A DNA stretch of 63,328 nucleotides, filler included, from Deltaproteobacteria bacterium (GTDB lineage: Bacteria > JAEEML01), in NCBI GenBank assembly GCA_016283195.1. It is 7 parts of 7 records of this genome, joined end to end, with 100 filler letters (N's around TTAATTAATTAA, not from the genome) between each part and the next. Parts side by side here need not be neighbours in the genome. Positions count along the whole stretch, not along the records: positions 20,796 to 41,192 come from JAEEML010000178.1; positions 41,293 to 45,886 come from JAEEML010000179.1; 5 more parts are not named here. One strand, written 5' to 3'. The translations under genes and the position numbers were made by a program. This document shows positions 32,481-43,498 of this stretch, in pieces. A model generated the notes under the pieces. The model made no database searches. It was not told the origin of the DNA and saw only the letters and a program-made list of their open reading frames with translations. Each line of letters opens with the position of its first letter. Within the stretch, counting starts at the first letter, position 1.

Positions 32481-32939
32481 TTAGTAAATGAGTTTCCCTT
32501 TTATAATATCTGCCAGCGCTACTTCCGCCGGGGTTCCGTCTGCGGTTTTCAAAGAAACCACTCCGTTTTCCGCTGCGGCAATTTCACCGGTAATTTCTTC
32601 AGTTTTATCGGCAACTTCACTATTTTTATAAACTATTTTCACCTGTTCGCCGACTTTACGCCAAAAGTCACGTTCGCTCTTTAGAGGGCGATCGAGCCCG
32701 GAAGAAGAAACTTCCAGCGTATAGGCGCCTTTAATAGGATCTTCGGCATCCAGCATATCGCTTATAAGGTGATTTAAATTGGTGAGGTCATCCAAATCAA
32801 CCCCGCCCTGTTTATCAACAAAAACAGCCAAGCGGCTTTTTTTATTGGCTGTAAAGTTAATCTCCACTAAGTCAAGGCCCAGTGAATCCACTAAAGGATT
32901 TATGAGTTCAAACAATTTGGTTTCAATTTTAGAGCTCAC
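32481..32939 (-). CDS. rimP: Ribosome maturation factor RimP
   Basis: YTLEVSSSGLDRPL; upstream of nusA; GTG start. Confidence 0.93.
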   Translation of the reverse strand: MSSKIETKLFELINPLVDSLGLDLVEINFTANKKSRLAVFVDKQGGVDLDDLTNLNHLISDMLDAEDPIKGAYTLEVSSSGLDRPLKSERDFWRKVGEQVKIVYKNSEVADKTEEITGEIAAAENGVVSLKTADGTPAEVALADIIKGKLIY

Positions 32940-33270
32940 TATACACTCCTGCCCCCAGCTTAACAGCCTCTAACTCTGCCAAAATATGGTGGAATCAGTG
33001 GAAAAAGCAGCAAAGGAGGGACAAAACCAAGGGCCATTTCCACAAAGGCTGGGCTCCTTATAAGCCAAAGAAAAATGCTTGTCAAGGGCACTTTATCTGG
33101 CTAGTCTATTTTTTCCGGCGGAAAAAACTATTGCCGGCTAATCAAGAAATTTAACATCTTGAGTCCCGTGTAAAAGAAACAAACACCAAACCTTTATTAA
33201 GCTTTTTTTATATGGACAAAAACCGGCTTAAGAGCTAAAAGCGGGCGGTTTTTTTATGGAGGAGGAAACC

Positions 33271-34530
33271 ATGAAGTCAAAATTATATTTATCAGTTTGT
33301 TTATTAACAACCATGTCGCTTCTATCACTGAACGCCTGTCGTGAAACGGAGCAAGATCCTTGTAATGAGCCACCGGCAGCAGAATGCAACGCCGACGATA
33401 ACTCCTACATCACCTATGCCGAGCAAGGCAAAAGAGTGGAGGGAAATTGCCGGTATGAGCCAACCTACCACACCTGCCCCAACTGTCTGGCTACCTGTAT
33501 GGGCAAATGTGATGGGGTTGAATGTTCTGGCTCCCCGGCCGGCAATCCCTGTAAAATCAACGGCAGGTGCGCTGTAGAAAATAGCGAGCCCTTCTGCTTA
33601 TACCAAAATGCCCTCAATGGCACAAAATGTCCGGCCGGTGTCTGTTACAATGGTGAATGCGTAGAATGTTACCAAGACAGCCAATGCAACGATATCCCCT
33701 CAGGTGATGCCAAGTGTTGGGAACGGAGCTGCAATCAAGGCCAATGCACTTATAACCTTCCAACTACGCCTTTGTTCTGCCTGGAACCAAGCTGCAATAA
33801 CGGTTACGAGACTAAAGCTATTAGCTGTAGCGCTGATGGGGCTTGTCTGGATGCGGCCACTGCCCCGGTTTTTTGCAATGGCTTCGCCTGTCAAAAAGAT
33901 GTTTGCTATAGCAGCTGTGAAAACAATAAACAATGTATCAAAGGTTATCACTGCAGTGAAAGTATCTGCGTAAAAAATACTGATGCCGATACTGATGCCG
34001 ATAGCAACACTGACAGCAATACCGACAGCAATACCGATAGCAACACCGATAGCAATACTGATAGCAATACTGATAGCAATACCGATCTTCCGGCTGGGGT
34101 TTGTTCCAGTGATCTTGATTGCAGTAGAGACAATTTCTGCATGCAGGCCAGCGATGATGTCATGGGCGTCTGCGTCGATGGCAATCTCAATTCGCCCTGT
34201 ATTGATAGCCTGGATTGCAAAGACGACTATGTATGTGAAACTAATCCCTGTTATTTGCACGGCGGTGTTGAAGAAGATGGGTGTGAACCGGACGCAAACT
34301 CCGACGCGCAAAATATTTGCGTAGATATTCCCAGTACCATACCAGTAGTTATTGTATACCCTTGTTATAGCGATGCCGATTGTAATGGCAATGAAAAATT
34401 CTGTGTACAGGAAAATGAAAATAGCCGTGGCTATTGTGAAGACGGCGGCAAGCGCTCTAGGTGCTATAATAACGACGACTGTCTTGATTCCTTATCATGT
34501 GTCAATAATAGATGCACCTTAGTGCGATAA
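33271..34530 (+). CDS. Cys-rich lipoprotein with DSNT repeat linker
   Basis: GGAGG RBS, lipobox LNAC, many C-x4-C modules. Confidence 0.8.
   Translation: MKSKLYLSVCLLTTMSLLSLNACRETEQDPCNEPPAAECNADDNSYITYAEQGKRVEGNCRYEPTYHTCPNCLATCMGKCDGVECSGSPAGNPCKINGRCAVENSEPFCLYQNALNGTKCPAGVCYNGECVECYQDSQCNDIPSGDAKCWERSCNQGQCTYNLPTTPLFCLEPSCNNGYETKAISCSADGACLDAATAPVFCNGFACQKDVCYSSCENNKQCIKGYHCSESICVKNTDADTDADSNTDSNTDSNTDSNTDSNTDSNTDSNTDLPAGVCSSDLDCSRDNFCMQASDDVMGVCVDGNLNSPCIDSLDCKDDYVCETNPCYLHGGVEEDGCEPDANSDAQNICVDIPSTIPVVIVYPCYSDADCNGNEKFCVQENENSRGYCEDGGKRSRCYNNDDCLDSLSCVNNRCTLVR
33979..34086 (+). repeat. 12-bp coding tandem repeat encoding (TDAD/TDSN)n
   Basis: Nine units of roughly ACYGAYAGCAAY. Confidence 0.92.
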
Positions 34531-34548
34531 CCTCTATCGCTTCGCGCT

Positions 34549-34657
34549 TTTCTAAGATCTCTCCCCCTAGCTTGTTGGATTTTTAATAAAATCGCCCCTC
34601 CCCCATGGAGGGAGGGGCTCATCTGCATGAATTTACAAATATTTTATGGGGTAAGGT
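34549..34657. repeat. REP/MITE-like palindromic repeat, copy 2, between convergent genes
   Basis: Reverse complement closely matches 54964-55038; central hairpin GCCCCTCCC..GGGAGGGGC. Confidence 0.8.
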
Positions 34658-34690
34658 CTAAGTAAACGCCAGCGGTAGGAACAAGAGTAT

Positions 34691-36568
34691 TCAGTTAATA
34701 ATTGGATGATTTTGTAAATAAATTCGCACAATTGTCAGTGCTGCCGGGGTAATACCGCTGATACGCTGAGCCTGAGCAAAGGTACGCGGGCGTATTTTAG
34801 TAAGTTTTTCAATGACTTCGCGGGTGAGGCCGGAAATAACGCTATAATCGAGCTCCGGCGGGATAAGTTGCTGCTCGCTCTTTAAGAGGCGCTCGGCTTC
34901 CAACTTTTGGCGGCTGATATAGCCGGCATAGCGCACATCGTCCACCAAAGTATTCTCCAGTTGCTCAGGCAATTCCGGCACATTATAGCGCCGGCGCAGA
35001 TCGGCGTAACTGAGCCCCGGGCGGCGCAGTATTTCCGCCGCCGTCTGCGCCGTGTGCATGGGCGCTTCGCCCAGCTCACTTAGCCAATTATTAGTCTCTT
35101 CGCTGGGCGTTAGCACTATCTCGCTAAGGGCGCGTCTCGCGGCGGCCAGCTGCTGCTCCTTGGCCGCAAAATCGCTATATTGCTCAGCACTCACCAGGCC
35201 GATTTTGCGGCCAATAGGCGTGAGCCTGGTGGCAGCATTGTCCTCCCGGAGCAGCAGCCGGTGTTCGGCCCGGGAAGTGAACATTCTATAGGGCTCTTTG
35301 GTGCCGTTGGTCACCAAATCATCAATGAGAACACCGATATAGGCCTCATGGCGCTTTAAGATAAGCGGCTCTTCGTGCCTGATAAAGAGGTGGGCATTGA
35401 TGCCCGCCATGAGGCCTTGGGCCGCCGCCTCCTCGTACCCGCTCGTACCATTTATCTGCCCAGCCATATAGAGGCCGGGGATGCTCTTTACCATCAAAGT
35501 GGCGTCAAGTTGCTGCGGGTCGCTATAGTCATATTCCACGGCATAACCGGGGCGCACCAGTTCCACCCTTTCCAGCCCGGGCACAGTGCGCAAATAGGCG
35601 AGCTGCACATCTTGCGGCAAACTGGTGGAGAGGCCGTTCGGGTAATAACGCACACAGGAGAGCCCCTCGGGCTCCAAAAAGACATGATGCTCCGTTTTAT
35701 CGGGAAAACGCACTACTTTATCTTCTATGCTGGGGCAATAACGCGGGCCCACCCCCTCAATAACGCCGCTGAAAAGCGGGCTTCTGTCCAAATTTTGGCG
35801 AATTACTTCATGAGTTTTTTCATTAGTGGCCGTGAGATAGCAAGCAGCTTCAGGCAAGGGCTCATAGCCGCCGCGCCAGGAAAAACGTGGCCTAGGGATG
35901 CGGGAAGTTTGCACTTCAAGAGAAGAAAAATCAATACTACTCGCCAAAAGGCGCGGAGTAGTACCGGTTTTTAGGCGCCCCAAAGTGAGTTTCATAGCTA
36001 AAAGACTGTCTGAAAGCCTGGTAGCTGCCACATCGCCCCAGCGCCCGGCCTTAAAATGAGTGAGACCAATATGGCAGAGGCCGTTCAAAAAAGTGCCAGT
36101 AGTGATAATAACTGCCTCAGTGCTGAATTTGGCCCCGGCTGCCGTCTCCACCAAAAAGGAGGGTTCACCGCCGCTTCCCTGAGGAATAATAGCCGCCGCC
36201 TCGCCCTCAAAAATGGTAAGCCCGGCGGTTTTTTCTAAAATTTGCAACATAATTTGCGGATAGCAGCCGGAATCCACCTGCGCTCGCGTGGCCTGCACAG
36301 CACTGCCTTTGCGCGTATTGAGCGTGCGCACTTGGATAGCTGCCTGATCGGCCACAAAGCCCATTATGCCGCCAAGAGCATCTATTTCTTTGGTCAAATG
36401 GCCCTTGGCCACTCCGCCCACTGCCGGATTACAGGAAAGAGCGGCAATATGCTTTTTACTGAGAGAAATAAGCAGTGTGCGCTCACCGAGCCTGGCGGCC
36501 GCCAAAGCCGCTTCACAACCGGCATGGCCGCCACCGATAACAATCACATCAAAATCATTTTTCTTCAT
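34691..36568 (-). CDS. mnmG: tRNA uridine-5-carboxymethylaminomethyl modification enzyme
   Basis: [49 protein letters not shown]. Confidence 0.98.
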   Translation of the reverse strand: MKKNDFDVIVIGGGHAGCEAALAAARLGERTLLISLSKKHIAALSCNPAVGGVAKGHLTKEIDALGGIMGFVADQAAIQVRTLNTRKGSAVQATRAQVDSGCYPQIMLQILEKTAGLTIFEGEAAAIIPQGSGGEPSFLVETAAGAKFSTEAVIITTGTFLNGLCHIGLTHFKAGRWGDVAATRLSDSLLAMKLTLGRLKTGTTPRLLASSIDFSSLEVQTSRIPRPRFSWRGGYEPLPEAACYLTATNEKTHEVIRQNLDRSPLFSGVIEGVGPRYCPSIEDKVVRFPDKTEHHVFLEPEGLSCVRYYPNGLSTSLPQDVQLAYLRTVPGLERVELVRPGYAVEYDYSDPQQLDATLMVKSIPGLYMAGQINGTSGYEEAAAQGLMAGINAHLFIRHEEPLILKRHEAYIGVLIDDLVTNGTKEPYRMFTSRAEHRLLLREDNAATRLTPIGRKIGLVSAEQYSDFAAKEQQLAAARRALSEIVLTPSEETNNWLSELGEAPMHTAQTAAEILRRPGLSYADLRRRYNVPELPEQLENTLVDDVRYAGYISRQKLEAERLLKSEQQLIPPELDYSVISGLTREVIEKLTKIRPRTFAQAQRISGITPAALTIVRIYLQNHPIIN

Positions 36569-36654
36569 TGGCCTTTCACCTCACACCAAGGCGCCAGCCG
36601 CTTTATATGCCGAGTTTTGATGGAAGTCTAGGGAGATAGTTCGACTTTAGTCAA

Positions 36655-37452
36655 TCACCATTTAATGGTGGCAAAACGGTTATTTATTTTGGGGAAAAGC
36701 CAGGCAAACAGTTTGCCTCTAAGAGAATATTTTTTCATTTCTTCATGAAAACTGTGCTCTTCCACCAGCGCAAACCCGGGAACCAGAGAGACAATTTCCT
36801 CGCCGCTGTCAGTGCCGGATTTAAAAGTGGCTTTGGTGTTTTTTACTGTATCGTGATGGCGGGAATTTTGGGCCGAAAATTTGCTGTTTTGCTCGGCTAT
36901 AAGCAAGCCGCCACCGGGGAAATTACTCTTTAACATACTGAGAAAACTGCGAATTTCCTCCATAGTAAAATACATAAAAAGCCCCTCTGCCAAAAAGAGC
37001 GGCTTGGCTTTTCTGCCGTTTAAAGCCTCTTTCACCGCCTGACACCAGCTCGCATCCAGCACACTGGCCGCAATCATTTTTACATTATCCTGCTCGGCAA
37101 AAACCTTTTTTCTAACAGCCATACAATCAGGCAAATCTATGTCAAACCAAAAGATTTTTTGGTTATTAACGCGCTCAAAGCGATTATCAAAGCCGGCGCC
37201 CAGGTTTACCACCACCGTATCAGGATTTTTGGCAATAATCTCTTTTACCTGCCGGTCGAGCATTATGGTGCGGGCCACTACTCCCTCGTGCGACATAAAT
37301 TTATCATAAGGAGTGGTATCAATTTTGAGGGTATTAATTATCTCCACCGCTTTTTTGTCATAAAAACGCGGGTGCTTGCGCAGTGTCTCATTGGCCTTGA
37401 TGGCCAGAGGAATAAGGGCGGTTGTTTCTACATCTCCTAATTGTAATTCCAT
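36655..37452 (-). CDS. Class I SAM-dependent methyltransferase (LCM/TcmP-like)
   Basis: TALIPL, VVNLGAGFD, DIDLPD, AEGLFMY. Confidence 0.85.
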   Translation of the reverse strand: MELQLGDVETTALIPLAIKANETLRKHPRFYDKKAVEIINTLKIDTTPYDKFMSHEGVVARTIMLDRQVKEIIAKNPDTVVVNLGAGFDNRFERVNNQKIFWFDIDLPDCMAVRKKVFAEQDNVKMIAASVLDASWCQAVKEALNGRKAKPLFLAEGLFMYFTMEEIRSFLSMLKSNFPGGGLLIAEQNSKFSAQNSRHHDTVKNTKATFKSGTDSGEEIVSLVPGFALVEEHSFHEEMKKYSLRGKLFAWLFPKINNRFATIKW

Positions 37453-37783
37453 AATTTTCTCCAGTGGTTATAAATTAGTTATATCGTTGTTTGCTCTCAT
37501 TATCGGCTAGGCTGTTCATTATAAGCCACAACAAACAATATTAGATATATCAAACTATACTTAATCAGTCAATATATACTTTATTTAAGCGTAAATACCG
37601 GCGATTTACTAGAACATACTAATAAATTAAAAACTATGGCTCTTTTTATATAAGTGGCACGGCCAAAACCCATACCGCGCCGCAGATTTTCTCTTCAATA
37701 ACGCCTTTTGTTTGCTATAGAATATGCAGCCGCTTGCGCGGCCTCCTTGCCCGGTCGCCGGCTCAAAACTCAGCAGGTGAGAG

Positions 37784-39244
37784 ATGATATCATTTTTTGT
37801 TGCCCTTTTGCTGCTCATCATCGGTTACTTTACTTACGGCGCCCTGGCGGAGCGTATTTTTAAGCCGCAGGACGGGCCGACACCGGCCATCAAAAATGCC
37901 GATGGCGTTGATTATGTGCCGCTTTCCACCCCCAAGGCTTTTCTTATTCAGCTACTCAACATCGCCGGCCTGGGCCCCATCTTTGGCGCTATTTCCGGCG
38001 CCCTCTGGGGGCCATGCGTCTATCTCTGGATTGTCCTGGGCACCATCCTGGCCGGAGCGGTTCACGACTACCTTTCAGGCATGATTTCCTTAAGAAACAA
38101 CGGCGCCTCCATAGCCGAAGTAACCGGTAAATATCTGGGCCCCTTTATGCACAATGTGATGCGCGTTTTTTCCATTTTGCTGCTCGTCATGGTGGGCGTG
38201 GTCTTTATGGTGGGGCCGGCCGGCCTTTTGGCCCGTCTCACGCCCGACTGGCTCTCTACCCGCCTATTTGTCTTTATCATTCTCATCTATTACTTTTTGG
38301 CCACCATTTTGCCGGTAGATAAAATCATCGGCAAATTTTACCCCCTTTTTGGCATACTCCTCATTTTAATGGCTATCGGCATCGGCGCCGGCACTTTAAT
38401 CCATAGCGCTGAGCGGCCGCTAATGGAATTTACCTTTAAAAATCTCTACCCCGGCACTTTGGACGCCACCTCCACCCCGCCCATCTGGCCGCTCATGTTC
38501 ATCACCGTGGCCTGCGGCGCCATCTCCGGTTTTCATGCCACCCAGTCGCCCATTATGGCCCGCTGCCTGCGCAGTGAGCATGACGGGCGGCGCATCTTTT
38601 ACGGCGCTATGGTTGCCGAAGGCATCATTGCCCTCATCTGGGCTGCCGCTGCTATTGCCTTTTTCTGGAATCCGGACGGCAGCGGCCTTTTGGCGCTCAA
38701 AAAAATCGGCGGCGGTAATTCAGGCGCCGTTTATGAAATGTGCGTTGGATTACTGGGGAATATTGGCGGCATTATTGCCATGCTTGGCGTTATTGTCTGC
38801 CCCATCACTTCCGGCGACACAGCCTTTCGCAGCGCCCGCATGACTATTTTCGATTGGCTAAAGCTCGATGAAAAAAAGCTTTCCACCCGCCTCCTTGTCA
38901 CCACTCCGCTTTTGCTCACCGGCCTTTTCATCTCCTTTTTGGATTACAGCATCATCTGGCGCTATTTTTCCTGGGCCAACCAGACTCTGGCCATGATTGT
39001 GCTCTGGGCGGGCGCTGTCTTTCTGGTAAAGCACAATATTAAGCAAAAATATGTGAGCCTTATGGCGGCGGCCCCGGCCACCTTTATGTCGGCTGTCTCT
39101 TTTACTTACCTCATCTATGCCCCCGAGTGTTTTAACCTGGGAGCGCGGGGCGAACTGGGCCTTACTATTTCCTACGCCGGCGGCCTTTTGGGGGCAATAA
39201 TCTGTGCGGCCATTTTTTGGCTAAAGGCATACAGGCGCAAATAA
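37784..39244 (+). CDS. cstA: Carbon starvation CstA family transporter
   Basis: DGVDYVP, NIAGLGPIFG, ACGAISGFHATQ, PITSGDTAFRS. Confidence 0.92.
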   Translation: MISFFVALLLLIIGYFTYGALAERIFKPQDGPTPAIKNADGVDYVPLSTPKAFLIQLLNIAGLGPIFGAISGALWGPCVYLWIVLGTILAGAVHDYLSGMISLRNNGASIAEVTGKYLGPFMHNVMRVFSILLLVMVGVVFMVGPAGLLARLTPDWLSTRLFVFIILIYYFLATILPVDKIIGKFYPLFGILLILMAIGIGAGTLIHSAERPLMEFTFKNLYPGTLDATSTPPIWPLMFITVACGAISGFHATQSPIMARCLRSEHDGRRIFYGAMVAEGIIALIWAAAAIAFFWNPDGSGLLALKKIGGGNSGAVYEMCVGLLGNIGGIIAMLGVIVCPITSGDTAFRSARMTIFDWLKLDEKKLSTRLLVTTPLLLTGLFISFLDYSIIWRYFSWANQTLAMIVLWAGAVFLVKHNIKQKYVSLMAAAPATFMSAVSFTYLIYAPECFNLGARGELGLTISYAGGLLGAIICAAIFWLKAYRRK

Positions 39245-39326
39245 AGTTTTTTTAAAACATAATAAAAAAGCCCATATAAGTTACCGGCAGATTAAAAAAA
39301 CAATGTCTATAAATGTTTTTTTGCTT

Positions 39327-39357
39327 AGGCCCGGAACTTACGCCGGGCCTGTTTATT
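39327..39357 (+). terminator. Probable intrinsic terminator after cstA
   Basis: AGGCCCGG-8nt-CCGGGCCT hairpin followed by GTTTATT. Confidence 0.5.
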
Positions 39358-39452
39358 CCACTCTCGAGCAAGACATCTCCTTTTCATTAGTATTGACATA
39401 TCATATATTATATATATTCTAATAGCCGATGCTGGAGGAGGCATCATATATT

Positions 39453-40814
39453 ATGAAAACAATAACAGAAGAAAAGGCAAACACAGGCAGAACACTTTTG
39501 ACTCCGGCGGCACTTACAAGAAAATTCGCTGATTATATAAGTGAAAAAAGCCATAAAGTCCTCATTGCCGAGGGCGAAAAGTTTGGGCCGGAACTAGTTG
39601 ATATTATTCAAGCCAACCCGCAAATTGAGTTTACCGTAACCTGCTCAAAAGAAAGAGAAAAAGCACTTGCCAAAAAGCTACAAGGCACAGCAGAAAATAC
39701 TAAACTTATCACCGCCGATATTTACAGCAAAGGTTTTACCGAGGAAAAATACGACCTCATAATCAGCATTCCCGATTTTGGCGCGCGCAATCTGATAAAT
39801 AGCCACGATTTCATCAGCCGCGATACCGACCTGGTGGCCTTGCAAAACCTGCTCTATCATATCACCGATGCCGGCAAGTTGCTGATTGTCCTGCCTATCA
39901 AAATAACGCTGGGGGGAGAAGCAACACTCTTTTTGCAAAACTACATTGAAAACAATTACAAAATAGAAGAAATAGATGTGCTCCCCAGTACTCTTTTTTA
40001 TCCTTATTCCTCGGTTCGCACCTACTTTTTTGTCTTCTCCGGCGGCAAAACCGAGCAAATCAGCATAAAAAAATTAGAATTTGATCAACAGGACAAAAAA
40101 CAATGGCCAGGCAAAATTTTGCTCACCAAAGAAGAAATATCTCTAAGCAGCGCCGAGTTTTCCGCCCTCGGCTGGAACATAGACATAGCCTTTTTGAGAG
40201 ATGATGATGACATAAAAAATTTCCAGAAGTCGGCCGTTAATAAAGTGCTTTTAAAAGAAGTGGCCACCGTTTTTCGCGGCAAAGCGGTGCTCCATAAAGA
40301 GGAAAGCGGCAATATCGCCGTAATAAATATTTCTAATTTCACCACCGGCGGCCTTGATTATGAGAATCTGGATCATATTGAAGCCGATGAGCGCAAAATA
40401 TCGCCTTACATTTTGCACACCGGCGATGTGCTGGTAACCGCCCGCGGCACCACTATAAAAATCGGCGTTTTTACCGAACAACCCTTTATTTGCATTGCCT
40501 CAGCCAATATCAATGTCATAAGGCCCAAAGAGGAGCTATTTAGCGGCTATTTGCAACTCTTTTTGGAATCGCCGCTCGGTTTAAAAATACTCAAAAGCCT
40601 GGAACGCGGCAGTGTGGTGATAAATATCAACTGCAAAGATATTATGGAACTCAAGATTCCCCTCCCCCCTCTGCAGGAGCAAAAAGCACTTAGTAATGAA
40701 TACCAGAGCGGGCTTAAACTATACCTGGAAGCTACTGCCGCTGCCGAAAAAAGCTGGCGCGAAAAGCGGGAAGCTATAAAAGCCAGGCTGTATCAAAAGA
40801 TTATGGGCGCATAG
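39453..40814 (+). CDS. Degenerate N-6 methylase-like domain fused to an HsdS/TRD-like domain
   Basis: YDLIISIPDFG at the NPP(Y/F) position; GDVLVTARG and IPLPPLQEQ typical of type I specificity subunits. Confidence 0.7.
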   Translation: MKTITEEKANTGRTLLTPAALTRKFADYISEKSHKVLIAEGEKFGPELVDIIQANPQIEFTVTCSKEREKALAKKLQGTAENTKLITADIYSKGFTEEKYDLIISIPDFGARNLINSHDFISRDTDLVALQNLLYHITDAGKLLIVLPIKITLGGEATLFLQNYIENNYKIEEIDVLPSTLFYPYSSVRTYFFVFSGGKTEQISIKKLEFDQQDKKQWPGKILLTKEEISLSSAEFSALGWNIDIAFLRDDDDIKNFQKSAVNKVLLKEVATVFRGKAVLHKEESGNIAVINISNFTTGGLDYENLDHIEADERKISPYILHTGDVLVTARGTTIKIGVFTEQPFICIASANINVIRPKEELFSGYLQLFLESPLGLKILKSLERGSVVININCKDIMELKIPLPPLQEQKALSNEYQSGLKLYLEATAAAEKSWREKREAIKARLYQKIMGA

Positions 40815-40832
40815 GTAACTTAGGAAAATTTA

Positions 40833-41147
40833 ATGAAAAAAGTGCGCATCACTGTAAAAAAGATTGTCTCTCATAGCGATTTAATCGCCGAATATGAAAA
40901 CCCCATCGAGCACGCCTGTGATATGCGGCTTAATCAGGTCTTTATTTGCAACGGTTGGGAAAAACCGGAGGGCTTTTGCCTAAGTGCCTGGGAAACTCTT
41001 TCGCCCTTTGTCATGGCTCTCGCCCACGGCGGGCAGAATTTTTACGACGGCTGGATGAAAAACCCGCGCTCGGCTATGATCTCCTGCAACGACGGCTTTC
41101 GGCCGGTGAGCTTTTTGCTGGAAACAATGGAGGAAGAGGCGGAATAG
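40833..41147 (+). CDS. TIGR04076 family protein
   Basis: KPEGFCxxAW and SCNDGFRPVSF motifs. Confidence 0.85.
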   Translation: MKKVRITVKKIVSHSDLIAEYENPIEHACDMRLNQVFICNGWEKPEGFCLSAWETLSPFVMALAHGGQNFYDGWMKNPRSAMISCNDGFRPVSFLLETMEEEAE

Positions 41148-41292
41148 AAGCAAAAAACAAGCAGGCGCTGACGGAATAATCCGCTGCTTTAANNNNNNNN
41201 NNNNNNNNNNNNNNNNNNNNNNNNNNNNNNNNNNNNTTAATTAATTAANNNNNNNNNNNNNNNNNNNNNNNNNNNNNNNNNNNNNNNNNNNN

Positions 41293-41629
41293 AAGTGCCG
41301 TGCTGGCAGGTGCAGGGCTTACATTCAGCACCAAATTGATTAGCCAAACACTCTTTGGTTTGATCTTCATCGCTATTAGTATCAGTATCACTATTAGCAT
41401 CGGCATCGCTATTAGTATCAGCATCGCTATTGGCATCACTTTGGCCGTCGGCATCGCTACTGGCGTCTTTGTCTTTGTCCTTGTTTTTGTCCTCACCTGT
41501 TTGGCTGTCACTCGGCTTTTGCTGCTCATTACCGGGTGTAACCGGTTTTTCTTCCTCGTGGTTACCGCAGCCTATGGCCAAAAAGAGGGCCAGCCCGGCA
41601 AAGAGTAAGAGATTTTTACATTTTTTCAT
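41293..41629 (-). CDS. 5' part of the FISUMP lipoprotein that continues at 10855
   Basis: AAGGAG RBS, lipobox AIGC, D/S/N/T linker, terminal 79 nt shared with 10855-10933. Confidence 0.85.
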
Positions 41630-41706
41630 TATATTTCTCCTTTGCGCAAAGGCGCATAATACACTGCTATTGGTGCAAAATTATTGTAAAAATCACAATT
41701 TGTGGA

Positions 41707-41735
41707 TTGAGAAAATCTGGAATATATGTTATAAT
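41707..41735 (+). promoter_or_regulatory. Sigma70-type promoter convergent to AAA/PD-(D/E)XK gene 1
   Basis: TTGAGA-17nt-TATAAT with extended -10 TG. Confidence 0.65.
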
Positions 41736-41756
41736 TAATTACCGCGACTGAACTGA

Positions 41757-41839
41757 ACTGAACATACTATATGTCCTTACCAGCAAAAGTTGCCAAACAG
41801 GGTAGCATAAATGGGGTGGTGAGGGCAATAGGGCATTTT
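41757..41839 (+). other. Conserved ~85-nt segment (candidate sRNA or micro-ORF), copy 1
   Basis: Close match to 44196-44278; lies just downstream of a consensus promoter. Confidence 0.45.
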
Positions 41840-43385
41840 AGCGGGTAACCCACTCTTTAATGGTGCGCTTTTCGTCATCAAAGCTCACGCCGATTTTGAC
41901 TAATTGCTTATGTCCTGCCTCGTAGGGAATCATGTAGCCCTTATCATCTATTTGTTTAAGAGCGTTTTCGGCCGTGTCATGCAGTTTAAATTCAAATAGA
42001 TATATGGTGTCCGGCGTTTCAAGGAGGGCATCTATGCGCCCATTTGCCGTTCTTTCCTCGGTGCGTACATTAAAATAGCTGGCTAGCCGGAAAATCAAAT
42101 AAAACATGGTCTTATAATGATTCTCATCCTGCTTTTCCGCATCATAAGGAATAGAAGCCAAAAAGGAGCGCAAAAGATTTAGGCCATCGTCAATACGCTT
42201 TTCCTCAAAAGCTAAAGTCAGGTCGGAGATGAACATGGTATTTTCATCTCGTTTTTTCTTTGAATAATACGGCATTAAACCTTTTAAAAAACCAATGCGC
42301 ACCTCTTCATTAGGAAAACCCAGTGTGTAGCGTGGCCCACGGGCCGCTTTGATGGTGAGGTAGCCGCTTTGGTAGAGGGCGGGAATTGGCGTCTCGGCCT
42401 GCTCGGTAGATACATTAAACATATCTTCAGTAGCGGGAAAGCCCTCTAAATCTTCTGGCTTGAGGGCTTCATATTTACTAAGTATTTCCGTTAAATAAGT
42501 AGGCGTGCCGGTGGAAAACCAATAATAGCCGAGCTTTTTATCCTGTAAAGCATTTAAAAGGCTGAAGGGGTTATAAATATCCGGCGAGTTCTGTGAGAAG
42601 TGGTAGCCATCATACATTTGTTTTAAAGAGATGGCTGCCTCTTCGGTACTCATATTATTTTTTTTGGCAAAAGCGCTTAGTTCCGGTGAAAGCTCAGTTA
42701 AAAGCTCTTCTTTAGTAATGCCGCAAATGGTGGCATATTCATCTTTTAGGCTGATATTTTTGAGATTATTTAGCTCACTAAAAATAGAAAGCTGACTGAA
42801 TTTGGTGATGCCGGTTAAAAGAACAAATTTTAGGTGGGCATCTTCTGACTTTAAGGGGCTATAAAAGTCGCGCATCATGGTGCGCATTTTAGCAAAAGTT
42901 GTGTTATCAACTAGAGTATCTAATAGCGGAGCATCGTATTCATCAACTAAAACAACAACTTGTTTGCCAGTTTGAGCGTGGGCACTTTCGATAAGCCATT
43001 TGAGGCGAGTGCTTGGTTTTTCGGCATTAGGGGCCCTGCCATAAATGTTCTCATATTTAGAGAGCAGAAAATCGAGGCTCTCTTGGAGTATTTCTAAATC
43101 TGTATATTTTGAGCCGGAAAGGTCAAAGCGAAAAACCGGGTATTTTGTCCACTCTTTTTCCAATTTTTCCATGGCGAGGCCAGTAAAAAGCTCTTTTTGC
43201 CCGCTAAAATAGGCTTCCAGAGTGGAGATTAAGAGGCTTTTGCCAAAGCGGCGCGGGCGGGAGAGAAAATAGACCTTACCCTCGGTTACCAGCTGATAAA
43301 TAAGGGCAGTTTTATCAACATAAATAGCGCCTCTATCGCGCATATCAGAGAAAGTTTGCATACCAATGGGGAACATCCGGGCCAT
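41838..43385 (-). CDS. AAA-ATPase-like protein with C-terminal PD-(D/E)XK nuclease domain (PF09820/PF08011 type)
   Basis: PIGMQTF, YVDKT, RPRRFGKSL, VDEYDAP, YDGYHF, GRID...FEFK. Confidence 0.93.
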   Translation of the reverse strand: MARMFPIGMQTFSDMRDRGAIYVDKTALIYQLVTEGKVYFLSRPRRFGKSLLISTLEAYFSGQKELFTGLAMEKLEKEWTKYPVFRFDLSGSKYTDLEILQESLDFLLSKYENIYGRAPNAEKPSTRLKWLIESAHAQTGKQVVVLVDEYDAPLLDTLVDNTTFAKMRTMMRDFYSPLKSEDAHLKFVLLTGITKFSQLSIFSELNNLKNISLKDEYATICGITKEELLTELSPELSAFAKKNNMSTEEAAISLKQMYDGYHFSQNSPDIYNPFSLLNALQDKKLGYYWFSTGTPTYLTEILSKYEALKPEDLEGFPATEDMFNVSTEQAETPIPALYQSGYLTIKAARGPRYTLGFPNEEVRIGFLKGLMPYYSKKKRDENTMFISDLTLAFEEKRIDDGLNLLRSFLASIPYDAEKQDENHYKTMFYLIFRLASYFNVRTEERTANGRIDALLETPDTIYLFEFKLHDTAENALKQIDDKGYMIPYEAGHKQLVKIGVSFDDEKRTIKEWVTR

Positions 43386-43498
43386 GAGTGCCTCCTATAG
43401 CGGCGGGAGTATAGCAGATTGGAAGCGGGTAGAAAAGAGCCCGGTATAACGGAATATTCGGCTATGTTTACTTAAGCGATCAAATGAAACGGAAATGC

